Source: a virus. From it: 64,000 bases of DNA. The translations under genes and the position numbers were made by a program. The DNA lies in the IMG/VR virus record IMGVR_UViG_3300049324_000002, positions 1 through 64,000 of that record; one strand, given 5' to 3'. Below are positions 10,295 to 21,044 of this stretch, piece after piece; position 1 is the first letter of the stretch; the number at the start of each line of letters is the position of its first letter. A model generated the notes under the pieces. It was not told the origin of the DNA. It did no database searches and saw nothing but the letters and a program-made list of their open reading frames with translations.

Positions 10295-11374
10295 TCACCA
10301 ACAGCTAAGGAGCACTTCGCCGAATGCGGGAGGTACAGGACGATTAGGAGATAACGCCGCGTCAAGATCCCCCAACAACGTACGACAACGACGCACACGA
10401 ACCTTATCGTACTTCCTAGCTATGTTATGATTCTGATCCTCACGATGAGCATAATGCAAAATCCACTTACGATGAATATTCAATCTACGCTCAACCTGCG
10501 TCAACAACTCACGAGTAGCCAACGCAATATGCAAAGGACCCAACCAATCCAACCGCTGCGACAAATACCCCAACACCTTCGACCAATCCGCAGCAGAAAA
10601 AGAACGATCCGCCAATGATGCCAGTGCTAACTCTTTACGATCAAATAACAAAGCCTCAGCGAAATCCTCAGCGCCATGCAAAGTCAGTACAGAACTAACC
10701 AACTTCTTAAACTCAGACTCACCATAAATAGTTGCATCCCTCAAACCAAGAACACGTATCTGCTCCACAACATCACGAGCCAACGCCGTATTCTCACCGG
10801 CCCGGGACCACAAAAACTCGGCCTGTCGCTGCGACACAGGCAACCGCAGCGACAACCACCGAGCCACCGGAGACAACCCATCAGTACCAGAAACATCAAT
10901 AGTAGGAGTATTACACTGAATGTACGTGCCTGCTGAATAATCCTTAATTAAAACTTCCCACTCAGTTAACTCAGTAACCCAATTAAACTTGCCTCGCATA
11001 TGTTTATCCGGGACACGAGTGCGCCTACCCGGCTCGGGGCGATCGGACACCAACACCAAAACAGTCTCGACAAAAGAAGTGCGATCAGTAACAAACTTCT
11101 TCAACCCAGACCAATCCCGCAACCGATCACAAGCCGACACCACCACTATCCGAGAAGCCACACCGGCCAACGGAGCGCGAGCTAACGTCTGCCAGATCTT
11201 CTCAGCAGGATCCTCAGCAGCGGACAACGAAATCCGCTGCTGAGCCCCAACCCGACGCTCAATCTCCAGCAACACCTCAGTACGCATAGTAGCGTCAGGC
11301 CCAAACACGTCAAAAACACGATACTTCTTCGTACTGTTAGGAGATGTAGTTAGCCACTGAACAGCAGTAGACAT
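10295..11374 (-). CDS. DNA polymerase III delta (HolA)-like clamp-loader subunit
   Basis: N-terminal FG-D, APLAGVASRIVVV and TVLVLVS pattern of the degenerate AAA+ HolA fold; size fits. Confidence 0.55.
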   Translation of the reverse strand: MSTAVQWLTTSPNSTKKYRVFDVFGPDATMRTEVLLEIERRVGAQQRISLSAAEDPAEKIWQTLARAPLAGVASRIVVVSACDRLRDWSGLKKFVTDRTSFVETVLVLVSDRPEPGRRTRVPDKHMRGKFNWVTELTEWEVLIKDYSAGTYIQCNTPTIDVSGTDGLSPVARWLSLRLPVSQRQAEFLWSRAGENTALARDVVEQIRVLGLRDATIYGESEFKKLVSSVLTLHGAEDFAEALLFDRKELALASLADRSFSAADWSKVLGYLSQRLDWLGPLHIALATRELLTQVERRLNIHRKWILHYAHREDQNHNIARKYDKVRVRRCRTLLGDLDAALSPNRPVPPAFGEVLLSCW

Positions 11375-11385
11375 TGCCTTACTAA

Positions 11386-11910
11386 CTATGTAGGATCAGG
11401 AGTGGTATCAAGAATAAGGTGAGCGCGAGCACTACCAACTTTCAAATACTTCTTCGCACGATCATGACTAGGTTTCGCACCCAAAGTAATCCACAATTCA
11501 GCAAGCTCACCACGCAGCTCATTATCAGACTTCGGATTACGCCTAGCACTCGGTCGTTTAACCCTATAAGGAGTAGGAGGAGTAGGACCAAGAATCTCCT
11601 CAGCAAGCTCCTTCAAAGAAGGAGAAACATGTGGATTAGCAAGGCTAAAATCACCAGCATTACTAGTCAAAGAGATATCAGAAGAAAAACCATTCTCTTC
11701 CCTAGCAAGCAGTGCTGCATTATAGTAAGCAACACCAACATGCTCAGCATCCGGCTGACACGAATAAAACTTAACCGGATAACCTCCCCATGAGCCAACA
11801 ACCATCACCTCGCCATAAACACCTTCGACATCATCAACTTCATGTACCAGCTTGCGGGACGAACACGCGTCACACACAGCAAGCTGAGCATTCTCCTGAG
11901 TAATCGCCAT
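11386..11910 (-). CDS. Hypothetical protein with possible C-terminal HTH
   Basis: CDAC motif; C-terminal PSHDRAKKYLKVGSARA. Confidence 0.55.
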   Translation of the reverse strand: MAITQENAQLAVCDACSSRKLVHEVDDVEGVYGEVMVVGSWGGYPVKFYSCQPDAEHVGVAYYNAALLAREENGFSSDISLTSNAGDFSLANPHVSPSLKELAEEILGPTPPTPYRVKRPSARRNPKSDNELRGELAELWITLGAKPSHDRAKKYLKVGSARAHLILDTTPDPT

Positions 11911-11916
11911 GCCAGC

Positions 11917-12573
11917 TCATACCGACCAACCCGCTACAGGTTGCAACGCCCCAGACGACATAATAGCGTCTTCTAAATCCTCAGGATTAGGAACGTGATT
12001 GAGATACTCTCGCTCTGAACCCTCAGTATGCTGACCGCCAGACTCAAGCCTAACAGTTCCATAATTCATCAAACGCTGCAAATAAGTCTGATCAACAGAC
12101 ATATTAGTATACAACGCCAATTTAATGTTCTCAACGTGATTAGAGAACACACCTTTAACAATACGAACACGACGACTAGTTACAACAATAATCTGTGCTC
12201 GCCAACCCAAAACGTGATGACACATCAAACACGTATGCAACAGAACTGACAGCCACACCAACACAGTCAACAACAATAAATGCGGTGCCAAAAACCATAT
12301 ATAAGGAGCGGCGAAATCAAGAAGCTGCCCGATAAAAAATCCTGCAATTGGAACAGCACCCATCTTGGTCATATCTTTAACCAAGAGAGTCCAGTGCAAA
12401 CGAGTAGCATAAATAAATCGCTCATTCGGCTGGATACGCAACGGAGCCGGACCAACAAACCGCCACGCCCGCTCATACAGCGCAAGGTCTTTACGACGTG
12501 GATCACTACCCGGCCACACTACTAAATCATCAATTAACTCCGCACCACGAACCGCCAACCCAGTGCCAGTCAT
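11917..12573 (-). CDS. Membrane protein with bacterial PH (bPH_2) domain
   Basis: Two TM segments, then VVTSRRV..KGVF...QTYLQRLMNYGTVRLESGG. Confidence 0.8.
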   Translation of the reverse strand: MTGTGLAVRGAELIDDLVVWPGSDPRRKDLALYERAWRFVGPAPLRIQPNERFIYATRLHWTLLVKDMTKMGAVPIAGFFIGQLLDFAAPYIWFLAPHLLLLTVLVWLSVLLHTCLMCHHVLGWRAQIIVVTSRRVRIVKGVFSNHVENIKLALYTNMSVDQTYLQRLMNYGTVRLESGGQHTEGSEREYLNHVPNPEDLEDAIMSSGALQPVAGWSV

Positions 12574-12837
12574 AACGGACCCAACCTATCAGTCGGACCA
12601 ACCCGGCCCATAAAACCAGACTTAGACTTGGTACCAAGCTTACTCTTCTTCTCTTTAATCCTAAAAATCATAATCGTGATAATCACAGGGACGACCATCA
12701 ACAAAACATGCTCGCCTTGCATCAAAAGCCAGTCACTTAAAGTCGTTGTGCACACAGTGATCACCAATCACTTTCAGCTAGCAGTTTGTGGTGTGTTGTC
12801 ACCCCCGAATTAGAACACAGCTAGTCATACCGACAAC

Positions 12838-13170
12838 CTACGGACGGCTAGCTCTATCTTGAATCTTAGAAACAACTGTGGGATCATCCTTGCGGTGGTT
12901 CGCCGCGTCAGGATCCCCCGCACCGTTCTCCTGCAACCACTGCTCAAACCGCTCAGCCAACTTCAAAACATCCTCATAATATTCTTTACCCATACCATGG
13001 AACTGAGCATCATTAGCATAAGCACGTAAAGCATTGGGTGCAGCAGGATCAGAAGCAGCAATCACAAAATACGGCCACTCAGGAACCGAACCATCACGAC
13101 GCTGCACCAGATACTTATCCCACAACTTAGCCACTAGATAACCCTCGCTTCTTTCAAGTAATCCTGCCAC
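12838..13170 (-). CDS. Conserved phage hypothetical protein
   Basis: KY-V-RRDG...FV...DP-A..ALRAYA pattern. Confidence 0.55.
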   Translation of the reverse strand: MAGLLERSEGYLVAKLWDKYLVQRRDGSVPEWPYFVIAASDPAAPNALRAYANDAQFHGMGKEYYEDVLKLAERFEQWLQENGAGDPDAANHRKDDPTVVSKIQDRASRP

Positions 13171-13505
13171 ACCAACATAGGTGAACGATTATCCAATGCC
13201 GCAGTGAAAACAATAAACACAGCAGTCATAATAGCACCAGACAAAATAGCCAAACCATAATCACTAGTAACATCAATACCTATGCTAACAACAGCATCAG
13301 CAAGATGCTGATTCATGATACGCATAAAAGAAGGTGAAACAGAACCCAACAAACCAGCAAAAGTACCAGAACTATCTTCATTCTGGTATTTAGACATAAG
13401 CTCCTTAATATCAGAAGCAATAGCTATTGAAGGAAGTGCTGCAGTCACAACCGCCTGTGAAACTTGCATCACAGAACTGAGCCTCTCCGACAGATTCGCA
13501 TCCAC
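13134..13505 (-). CDS. Hypothetical protein with C-terminal TM segment
   Basis: ORF in operon context. Confidence 0.5.
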   Translation of the reverse strand: MDANLSERLSSVMQVSQAVVTAALPSIAIASDIKELMSKYQNEDSSGTFAGLLGSVSPSFMRIMNQHLADAVVSIGIDVTSDYGLAILSGAIMTAVFIVFTAALDNRSPMLVWQDYLKEARVI

Positions 13506-13508
13506 TAC

Positions 13509-14420
13509 TCATCCTCTCATTGCACCAGCCGCAACAGCCCCCATTAACACCTTAGGACGCGCTCCCACAAAACGATGAAGTAAACCAAGAATCTTCATCG
13601 CAACAGAAATAGGAACACCTCCCAAATCCTCAGCAGAAAACGCTGAATACCGTCCTGTCACACGCTCATGCACAGCACGTACTAACATCTCTGTCTGAAT
13701 CTCAGTCCAACCTTTAGCCCTACCAGCCAAAGCATCAACATCACCAATCGCAAGACTGGCAAAGAACCCCAACACAGCCTCACGAGCACCCACCGCGTCA
13801 ACACGCGCCGACAACGAAGGACTCACCCGGCCACCGCCCAACGCTGCAGCCGCTCGAGCCTCCACCCTCTCCAAATCCGACACCCTGTAAAGCACCTCAG
13901 CGACCTCGTCAACCCCCAACAGACCAGACCGCACCACCACACACCGAGACTCCACCGTAGGCAACACAGGCCCAGACGCCAACAACACGAACCGCACTCC
14001 CGCAGGAGGCTCCTCCAACGTCTTCAGCAAAGCCTCACAAACACGAGAAGACGCCCGCCACGTCGACCCATCCGACCTCGTGTGATCCAATCTCACAACC
14101 GCCACCCGGCCGCGAGGCCCAGGCGCCACCCGAACCCACTCAATCAAATCCCGAACCATAGACATCGTCAGTTCAGGCTCCGACAACTTCAACCCACCAG
14201 AATCAGTCTTACGGCCTTTCTCATCAGTCCAAAAAGGCTGTGGAAACAAACGATAATCCACAGCAGAAACACCAGCCTGCTTAACCAAAAAATTCGCTAC
14301 AGTCCTCTTACCCGTAGACGACGGAGCCTGTAAAAGAAAACACGGAGTACTACCGGACAAAAAGGAAGGGACGAGACTCCGTAGAGCCTCGTCCCAACCA
14401 ACCGGAGCTGTCTCGGGCAC
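13509..14420 (-). CDS. DNA polymerase III delta-prime (HolB)-like subunit
   Basis: Degenerate P-loop APSSTGKRT, ALLKTLEEPP, LPTVESRC (SRC motif). Confidence 0.8.
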   Translation of the reverse strand: MPETAPVGWDEALRSLVPSFLSGSTPCFLLQAPSSTGKRTVANFLVKQAGVSAVDYRLFPQPFWTDEKGRKTDSGGLKLSEPELTMSMVRDLIEWVRVAPGPRGRVAVVRLDHTRSDGSTWRASSRVCEALLKTLEEPPAGVRFVLLASGPVLPTVESRCVVVRSGLLGVDEVAEVLYRVSDLERVEARAAAALGGGRVSPSLSARVDAVGAREAVLGFFASLAIGDVDALAGRAKGWTEIQTEMLVRAVHERVTGRYSAFSAEDLGGVPISVAMKILGLLHRFVGARPKVLMGAVAAGAMRG

Positions 14421-14440
14421 AACCCGTCATACCGGGCCTA

Positions 14441-15184
14441 TCAGACCGCCGCGAGGCCCGCAGACTGCAAAGAGTCAGCAAACCGCTCCAAGATGCGATC
14501 AGCAGCCTCCGCCTTCACACCAAGCTCGCGCACCACATCAGCGCGGCGCAGCTTCCGCGTAGAACCCATCGCCAACTCAATCATCCGATCAATAACACTA
14601 ACCTCAAGATCCGACGCACCAGACCGAATACTATCCACCATATCGTGGAAGTCTACCTCAGTATCAATGGTGCCAGCAGGGCCATGCAAATCACCCCACG
14701 TAGTGCTGCCATCGTCATCACCAATAGCAGCATCCCACAGCAAAAGCTCATTCGACTTCACTCGAGCAATATTACGCTTCTTACCAGGAGCATACGCAAG
14801 CAGGAAATGCGTGTAATAAGTACGGAAAACAGACTCGCCAGTCTTCGACCTAGACTCCCATCCATTCGAGAAGACACCAATACTGTCTCGCTCCATGAAA
14901 CGGGTCATCAGATCCATCGCAACATTCTCAATGTCATCACGGTGGAACCCAAAATTGGATAGATACCACAACGTGTATGACTTGTACTGAGAGAAAAACA
15001 CCCCATAGTTCGGGGGAGCGTGATGGAAGTCATCCATCCCAGCCCAGTCAGTAACAATCGCCTGGCGCTCCTCCTTCGGAACCACATACCCCGGGGGGCG
15101 ACCCAACACATCCGCACCCGGCCGCCCATGCGACGCGCGGGTCTGAACAGGAAGCGCATCAACCGTAGAACTTGCAGTAGCCAT
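14441..15184 (-). CDS. Sigma-factor-like transcriptional regulator
   Basis: Region-2-like DDIENVAMDL...FRTY and C-terminal HTH ADVVRELGV. Confidence 0.5.
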   Translation of the reverse strand: MATASSTVDALPVQTRASHGRPGADVLGRPPGYVVPKEERQAIVTDWAGMDDFHHAPPNYGVFFSQYKSYTLWYLSNFGFHRDDIENVAMDLMTRFMERDSIGVFSNGWESRSKTGESVFRTYYTHFLLAYAPGKKRNIARVKSNELLLWDAAIGDDDGSTTWGDLHGPAGTIDTEVDFHDMVDSIRSGASDLEVSVIDRMIELAMGSTRKLRRADVVRELGVKAEAADRILERFADSLQSAGLAAV

Positions 15185-15268
15185 AGTTTCTTGACCCCTT
15201 CTAAAATACCCGACCTCAACGTGTTGTCAGTAGACTAGCATGACCATGCAGACCATGCAAGTCTGCAC

Positions 15269-15568
15269 TCACACGTCCAAGGTCTCTAACAGCGTAGGAT
15301 CCCACGCCCAATACTCAACAGCCACCGGACCGGCAACACGCTCGGCCACAACCGCTGTACCTGCAGACTTCGACTCGCGAGGCTTCCGCGCAACAGGGGC
15401 CTCATCACCCGCGTGCGCCAAGCGATACACCTCAAACGGATCCAGCATCGCCGCTGCGAGATCCACGCTGCACAACTCAGCAAACTTCACACACGACCGC
15501 TGATGCATAACAATCAGGCGCAACTTACCCTCAGCAGAACAGCCAGCACACCTAGCAAGTTGCGGCAT
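15269..15568 (-). CDS. Small Cys/His protein
   Basis: CAGC...HQRSC. Confidence 0.5.
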   Translation of the reverse strand: MPQLARCAGCSAEGKLRLIVMHQRSCVKFAELCSVDLAAAMLDPFEVYRLAHAGDEAPVARKPRESKSAGTAVVAERVAGPVAVEYWAWDPTLLETLDV

Positions 15569-15570
15569 TA

Positions 15571-16008
15571 TTATCCTTCTGAATCGTCCAGAGGAGTAGA
15601 AGCAAGAATCACTCTGGCACCGTGAGGTCGGGGGAGAACCTCATGTCTCGTAGAGACACACAACTCGCCTGGCTGGGAATGACAAAGAATGACCGGGCAA
15701 GATTGGCTGAGGACTTCAACCGAATAAAAACCTATTGATTTTGTGATCACACCGGGCGGGCAAGCATGCAGCCGGTAGATCCAACAATCGACCACCTGCG
15801 GTCGACCCACCGCCGAGACTACCACCGCAGTCCTACCGCGCAGCGGGGACACCCGAATTGGCCCAGCCGGATCCAGCAAAACGTATCGCGCCTCAGGAAC
15901 CATCGGGTCTGCATAAAGCACATCGAACTGACACACCGGGCAAGCACCCAAAGAAATGCCAACGGGCACGTTCCCAACCTCAGGAACGTGCCCGCTCGAC
16001 AAAGCCAC
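15571..16008 (-). CDS. Zinc-finger-like hypothetical protein
   Basis: CPVC, HACP and CPVILC...PGELC...HGAR motifs. Confidence 0.55.
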   Translation of the reverse strand: MALSSGHVPEVGNVPVGISLGACPVCQFDVLYADPMVPEARYVLLDPAGPIRVSPLRGRTAVVVSAVGRPQVVDCWIYRLHACPPGVITKSIGFYSVEVLSQSCPVILCHSQPGELCVSTRHEVLPRPHGARVILASTPLDDSEG

Positions 16009-16017
16009 GAGAACAGC

Positions 16018-16458
16018 CTAGACCGACACCGACTCCTCAGCCGGAACGGTGCCCTCCTGCGGAACGGTGCCCTCAGGAGCGTCAAGAATGGCATACTCGT
16101 CACCACGGAAACGCGCGTAAACACGAATCACCGGGTTACCCTCAGCGTCATACTGGTCCTTGGACCGGCTAGCCGCCTCGAAAACACCCTTCGGGGAAAA
16201 CGCAGCGATACGACCCTGCGAAATCAGGGACGCACGGTTAGACGCCTGTGCCCGAGCTTTCTTAGCCTGCGCCTCATCAGAGGGAACAGGGGTCTCTTCG
16301 ATAATTGCCCACTCGTCAACACGCGCCCGCAGACGGTCAGCAACCACCTTCGTAGCACCAGACGCAGTCGCACGACCACTAGGCGCTTCCCAAATCAGCT
16401 CATCAGCCACGATCAAACACTCCCTTAAACTCAATTGCCATTGACAGCTCTTGCTCAC
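16018..16458 (-). CDS. Hypothetical protein
   Basis: ORF; C-terminal EGTVP duplicated by a short tandem DNA repeat near 16042-16074. Confidence 0.55.
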   Translation of the reverse strand: MSKSCQWQLSLRECLIVADELIWEAPSGRATASGATKVVADRLRARVDEWAIIEETPVPSDEAQAKKARAQASNRASLISQGRIAAFSPKGVFEAASRSKDQYDAEGNPVIRVYARFRGDEYAILDAPEGTVPQEGTVPAEESVSV

Positions 16459-16552
16459 TTGTTGTACCGGACCGCCCGTTACCTTGCCCGGGTAGCCGGG
16501 ATGCTTAGTGCGGTTGATACCTACGATACCTCTTATACCCGAGAACTACAAA

Positions 16553-16870
16553 CTACGAGGTGGAGCCCAAACAACCAGCACACATCGCGGGGTCACTAAC
16601 CTTAGCTGACCGATCCTTCAGGTCTGACGGAGACAACCAACGGAAGCAACGACCACACCTAGTCGTACCGACAGCTTTCTTACCAGAACGTGCACGCATA
16701 TGCTTACACCGGTAAGACTCGTGCGTAGCCCTGTATTCATAGTCAGGGCACGTACAAGTGAAAGGCAAGTCACCTATAATCTCAACAGTATAAAAAGCGC
16801 CTTTCGACCCTGCGACCTGTACAAGGCACAGAGAGAAACTGATTCGGCGCATTTCAATCACCCCGGGCAA
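16553..16870 (-). CDS. SWIM zinc-finger protein
   Basis: YTV...CTCPD...CKHM. Confidence 0.75.
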   Translation of the reverse strand: MPGVIEMRRISFSLCLVQVAGSKGAFYTVEIIGDLPFTCTCPDYEYRATHESYRCKHMRARSGKKAVGTTRCGRCFRWLSPSDLKDRSAKVSDPAMCAGCLGSTS

Positions 16871-17502
16871 CCAGAAAGATCCCGCTGAAGCGCTGCTGCA
16901 TCAGGGGCAGTAACAGTCAAATTCCAACGAACAGCAGTCGCACTATAAACACGAGCATACGTACACTCACCAGACTTAGAGATAGGGCTCCAAGAAGCAG
17001 GACCCTTATCGCCTTTACTCTCATTCACACTTCCAGTAACAGGAAGCAAATTCAACTGATCATTATAAAACTTCTTACGCTCATCCTGAGTCAATTTATA
17101 CAACCCAGCATACCACGCCTGCTCCTTAGAGAAAACGTGATCAATCTGAGCCTGCTTAGGAGTAATACGATTACCAGTATAAACATCAATAAACGAACCA
17201 TCGTCACTACAACCATCACCATCCGAATCAACAGGAGGTGACCCAACCTTCTCTAAAAGAATCTCACGCGTATCACACTTACCACGAACAATAGCCCACG
17301 TAGCTGGAAAATACGTAGGCTTATACGCAGGAATAGAAGGATCAACAATAGAAGAACGTGCAAAAGGAAAAGCATCAGAAGTAGTAGCCGCTGATGTCGG
17401 GGGAACCACAACCGGAGCTGCAGGCGCACCAGCACACCCGGCCAGCGACAACAGCGCAGCCACAGCTAGACAACCACGAACCCTCACCAAGATACCTCGC
17501 AT
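16858..17502 (-). CDS. Lipoprotein HNH nuclease (DUF1524/GmrSD C-terminal type)
   Basis: Lipobox LAGC; CDTRE, QIDHV, NLLPVTGSVNESKGDKGP. Confidence 0.8.
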   Translation of the reverse strand: MRGILVRVRGCLAVAALLSLAGCAGAPAAPVVVPPTSAATTSDAFPFARSSIVDPSIPAYKPTYFPATWAIVRGKCDTREILLEKVGSPPVDSDGDGCSDDGSFIDVYTGNRITPKQAQIDHVFSKEQAWYAGLYKLTQDERKKFYNDQLNLLPVTGSVNESKGDKGPASWSPISKSGECTYARVYSATAVRWNLTVTAPDAAALQRDLSGCPG

Positions 17503-17545
17503 ACCTCAAGACTTCGGACAGTGACTATCTATCGTAGCATAGAAC

Positions 17546-17767
17546 CTAGGTACCAAGGTAAGCTACAGCCTCCAACAAAACAACAGGAGTGCTATCACCA
17601 TCAGGCGACACCCAATTTGCAGTCTCTAACAAAACACCACGATAGGGCTGCTCTGCATGACCACCAGAAAAGATAGGCAACCCACCAGGCAACATGGCCA
17701 AAGCCTCACGCAACTCATGAACAGTAGTTATCGTAATCTGCTCAGAAGTAAGAAAAAAAGTGTTCAT
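17546..17767 (-). CDS. Hypothetical protein
   Basis: ATG 6 nt after a promoter motif. Confidence 0.55.
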   Translation of the reverse strand: MNTFFLTSEQITITTVHELREALAMLPGGLPIFSGGHAEQPYRGVLLETANWVSPDGDSTPVVLLEAVAYLGT

Positions 17768-17773
17768 AGACAG

Positions 17774-18289
17774 TCATACCCGCAACATCAGGGCATCCTT
17801 CGCCAACCCCAACCAACGATCAACATCCTCAGGAAGATGAATACCGTCAGCATCCTTCAAACACTGTCGGTAAGCCTCCGTGAACCTATCCACATCGTTA
17901 GCATCAGCCCACACACCCAACGCCAAAACAGCGCCAGCACGTAACTCATACGACTGATCGGCAAGAGCCACATCCTCCGAAATCACCCGGCCCTCCAACA
18001 ACTGCCGCGCGGCCGACAACGGACGACAACCCCACAACTGAGCAGCAAGCGAAACCGAATCATGCTGCTCATCACAAATATGGCAATACATCTTGCCATC
18101 CGCGTAAAGCCGTGCTTCCTTCTCAGCGCCACGATCAGGATGATAAATACCATTAGGACAATAAATCTTCACACTAGTACCAAACGGGGGCAGAGTAGGA
18201 GCATCCACCCCCATCGTCCTCAAAATCTCAAAGATAGGAACAGCAGCATTAGCCTGCTGAATAATCCCACCCCTATGCAAACGTTTCAT
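17774..18289 (-). CDS. Stand-alone CHC2 zinc finger (primase N-terminal-like)
   Basis: CP...HPD...YCHIC; no TOPRIM domain. Confidence 0.7.
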   Translation of the reverse strand: MKRLHRGGIIQQANAAVPIFEILRTMGVDAPTLPPFGTSVKIYCPNGIYHPDRGAEKEARLYADGKMYCHICDEQHDSVSLAAQLWGCRPLSAARQLLEGRVISEDVALADQSYELRAGAVLALGVWADANDVDRFTEAYRQCLKDADGIHLPEDVDRWLGLAKDALMLRV

Positions 18290-18593
18290 TACTTACTAGT
18301 ACCAAACAACTTAGCCCACCAAGAAGGCAAACTATCTGTATAACCAAGAACATACCGAACAACAGGAATCAACTCGATCGCCAAGCACATAAGCAACAAG
18401 AGTATGAAGACAAAGAACAAATACATACTTCACCTCGAAGATCTACGAAAATTAGAAATACGGGAAGCACTCCTGTCTACATCAGACATATAGCTATCGT
18501 AACGAACAGCAAGAGTGATCATACGCACAGCGCGCAGAATAGTAAGACAAAACAAGACCACACAAAACGCGATCAACCAACCCCACCACGGCA

Positions 18594-19064
18594 TCAAGCA
18601 CCACCATTCACACGATCAAGAATCTCGATAACCACACCAGCATCGCTCTCATCCACACCCGGGGCAGGCTCCGCGTCAACAACCAGCAAACCCAACTTCG
18701 CACTAATCCTAGTAACGATAGCGCGCAACTCAGCGACCTCGTCCTCTAGCTTCGCAACACGCTCAACAGCAGCACCAAAATTAGCGACACCCTCGTGCGG
18801 AGACTTCCGCACCTTCCCGTCCTTCGAGAACTCCACCGCCTGGAACCGGCGACGACCCTGAAGGGCCTGCAGTGCCACCGTACGAGCCCCAGCAGACACC
18901 CGACGCTCAGGAGTCGACGTCAGCGACCGCTCACCCATCTCCAGCAACGCACGATCCGCAGGAACCACCGCAGCACCAACCATGAGAATATCTTCACGAT
19001 TGTGCCACTCACCATCCTCCAGTACAGCCATCATGGCTACAGTCCATGGCTTCGTATCCGACAT
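18594..19064 (-). CDS. Hypothetical protein with coiled coil
   Basis: ATG at 19064 after a GAGGGAG RBS. Confidence 0.55.
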   Translation of the reverse strand: MSDTKPWTVAMMAVLEDGEWHNREDILMVGAAVVPADRALLEMGERSLTSTPERRVSAGARTVALQALQGRRRFQAVEFSKDGKVRKSPHEGVANFGAAVERVAKLEDEVAELRAIVTRISAKLGLLVVDAEPAPGVDESDAGVVIEILDRVNGGA

Positions 19065-19367
19065 CCCAAACTCCCTCTCAGCGGAAAACCAACTTGTCAG
19101 GAGTCCTACCGGATGCGCGTCAGGACGGAAGATCCCTAGGCAAAGGCACATCTACATCGTCATCCTCATCGCACCACGCCTGATACGCTTCAGGACTAAC
19201 AGGATGCATATCATGATGAGTATGCCCAGAAGAAGTAAACCCACAATTCGAAACATAAGTCTCAAACGGAATACCATCAAACTGACCAGGAACAACCTCA
19301 GTCATCTTAACACCAATACTTAGATCACCGCAATCACCAATCCAATGGCGTGACCTCAATTCAACCA

Positions 19368-20864
19368 CTACACACCTCCAAGTAAAAAATCCGCTGCACC
19401 AGCACCGTCAAATGATGAACCGCCCCAAATATCCTCACTTCCACCACCATCAGAATTAACACGAGAAGACAAGTAACTCGTAGCATAGTCCATCCGAACA
19501 GGAATAGCATCACCACCCAGAAGAACATTACCGTCACGATTCTTCAACACACCCAAACGAAGATTCGCATACCGGCCATCCCTCGTACCATCAGGAGACA
19601 AAGCCAAAACCATATCAGGAGTATTCACAATCTCAGAAGTATCAGCAAGACCCCGCAAAATCACTTCACCAGTACGATCCATCTCTTCCTGAGCCGCACG
19701 ATTAATCTGCCATGGAGTAACAAGAGGTAACCCATTACCCTTATCATAATCAATAGCCAAATGCTTACAGCCCTTAATCAACCCAACCAACTCTTCACGC
19801 GTAGAATTCACCCTACGAGAATCACCAGACATCAACGCAACATAGTCAATATAAAGAACATCGATCTTCCGAGCCCGGGACCGCTGCCGCAACTGCGCAT
19901 CCAACGCAGCAACAGTATGCCCATGAGGCATCTGAGCCAACCACAACGACCCATCCAACCTAGCCAAATCCTGCACAACCAAAGCCATAAACTCAACATG
20001 CTCCGCAGGCAACTCACCACGCTTCAACAAATTAGAATCCAACCCATTCGGGATACTAAGATGCTCCCGCAACTCCTTAAACTTCGTAGCCCTAGAATGA
20101 TGCGCAACCAACCGCCACCGAACCGTATTACGAACAGTCTCAGAAGTAGCAAAATAAACATGCAACCCCTGCGCAGCAGCCGCGTGATAAGCCATATGCA
20201 CACAAGTATGCGACTTACCCACACCACTAGGCGCAGCCACCACAATCATCTCACCAGGACCAAACCCACCAGTAATAGCATCCAACTTATCAACACCGAC
20301 CAAAGGACGACGAGACCTATCCTCCGACTTCGCCGACCGATAAACCACCATCACATCCTTAGCCTCCTTGCGAATATCACCCGCAGGAGAATCATCCACC
20401 GCAATCTCAGCAGTAACCTCAGCAATACGATACGACGCCCACTCCCGCGCATCCGCAGCCCCAGACCACACCCGGCCACCATCCTCCTCAGTGACCGAAC
20501 CATTCAAAATCTCAGTAGCATCCCGCAACAAAGTAGTCGTCAACCACTGCTCACGATTCGCTCGCAACTGCCTAGCAGCCCACCGAGCATCAGAAGTAGA
20601 AGCGGACTCCGCGACCAACGCCGCATACGTCTCCCGCACCACCGCAGCAGTGCCAGCATCCACCCCAGAAACCAAATCCTCCACAGCAGAAGCAGTCAAC
20701 AAACCATTAGCCACAGAACGATAAGTCAAAACACCACGGAACAAAGAACGCAAAATAGGATCAACGAAATGATTCTCAGTAATCGAACGGGAAATTTCAT
20801 CAATCAACTGCGTATCATGGGTAAAAAGGGCAGTCAGAACTACCTTAGATGGATCCGAAGACAC
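19368..20864 (-). CDS. dnaB: DnaB-like replicative helicase
   Basis: AAPSGVGKS, YIDYVALM, WQINR, VLKNRDG. Confidence 0.9.
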   Translation of the reverse strand: MSSDPSKVVLTALFTHDTQLIDEISRSITENHFVDPILRSLFRGVLTYRSVANGLLTASAVEDLVSGVDAGTAAVVRETYAALVAESASTSDARWAARQLRANREQWLTTTLLRDATEILNGSVTEEDGGRVWSGAADAREWASYRIAEVTAEIAVDDSPAGDIRKEAKDVMVVYRSAKSEDRSRRPLVGVDKLDAITGGFGPGEMIVVAAPSGVGKSHTCVHMAYHAAAAQGLHVYFATSETVRNTVRWRLVAHHSRATKFKELREHLSIPNGLDSNLLKRGELPAEHVEFMALVVQDLARLDGSLWLAQMPHGHTVAALDAQLRQRSRARKIDVLYIDYVALMSGDSRRVNSTREELVGLIKGCKHLAIDYDKGNGLPLVTPWQINRAAQEEMDRTGEVILRGLADTSEIVNTPDMVLALSPDGTRDGRYANLRLGVLKNRDGNVLLGGDAIPVRMDYATSYLSSRVNSDGGGSEDIWGGSSFDGAGAADFLLGGV

Positions 20865-21044
20865 AATTACTCCCCGTGGCCGTCACAAGTGCGAATAGTA
20901 TCGTCCCAAAAATCAATCATAATGACAACAGCGGGGTCTGTTGTACTCTCTCGAATAGTATCAACAAGACGACGCAGATCCGATTTGTGAGCATGATCGG
21001 CTACATAAACACAAAGCTCACCATAAGACATTGCACGACGCATA

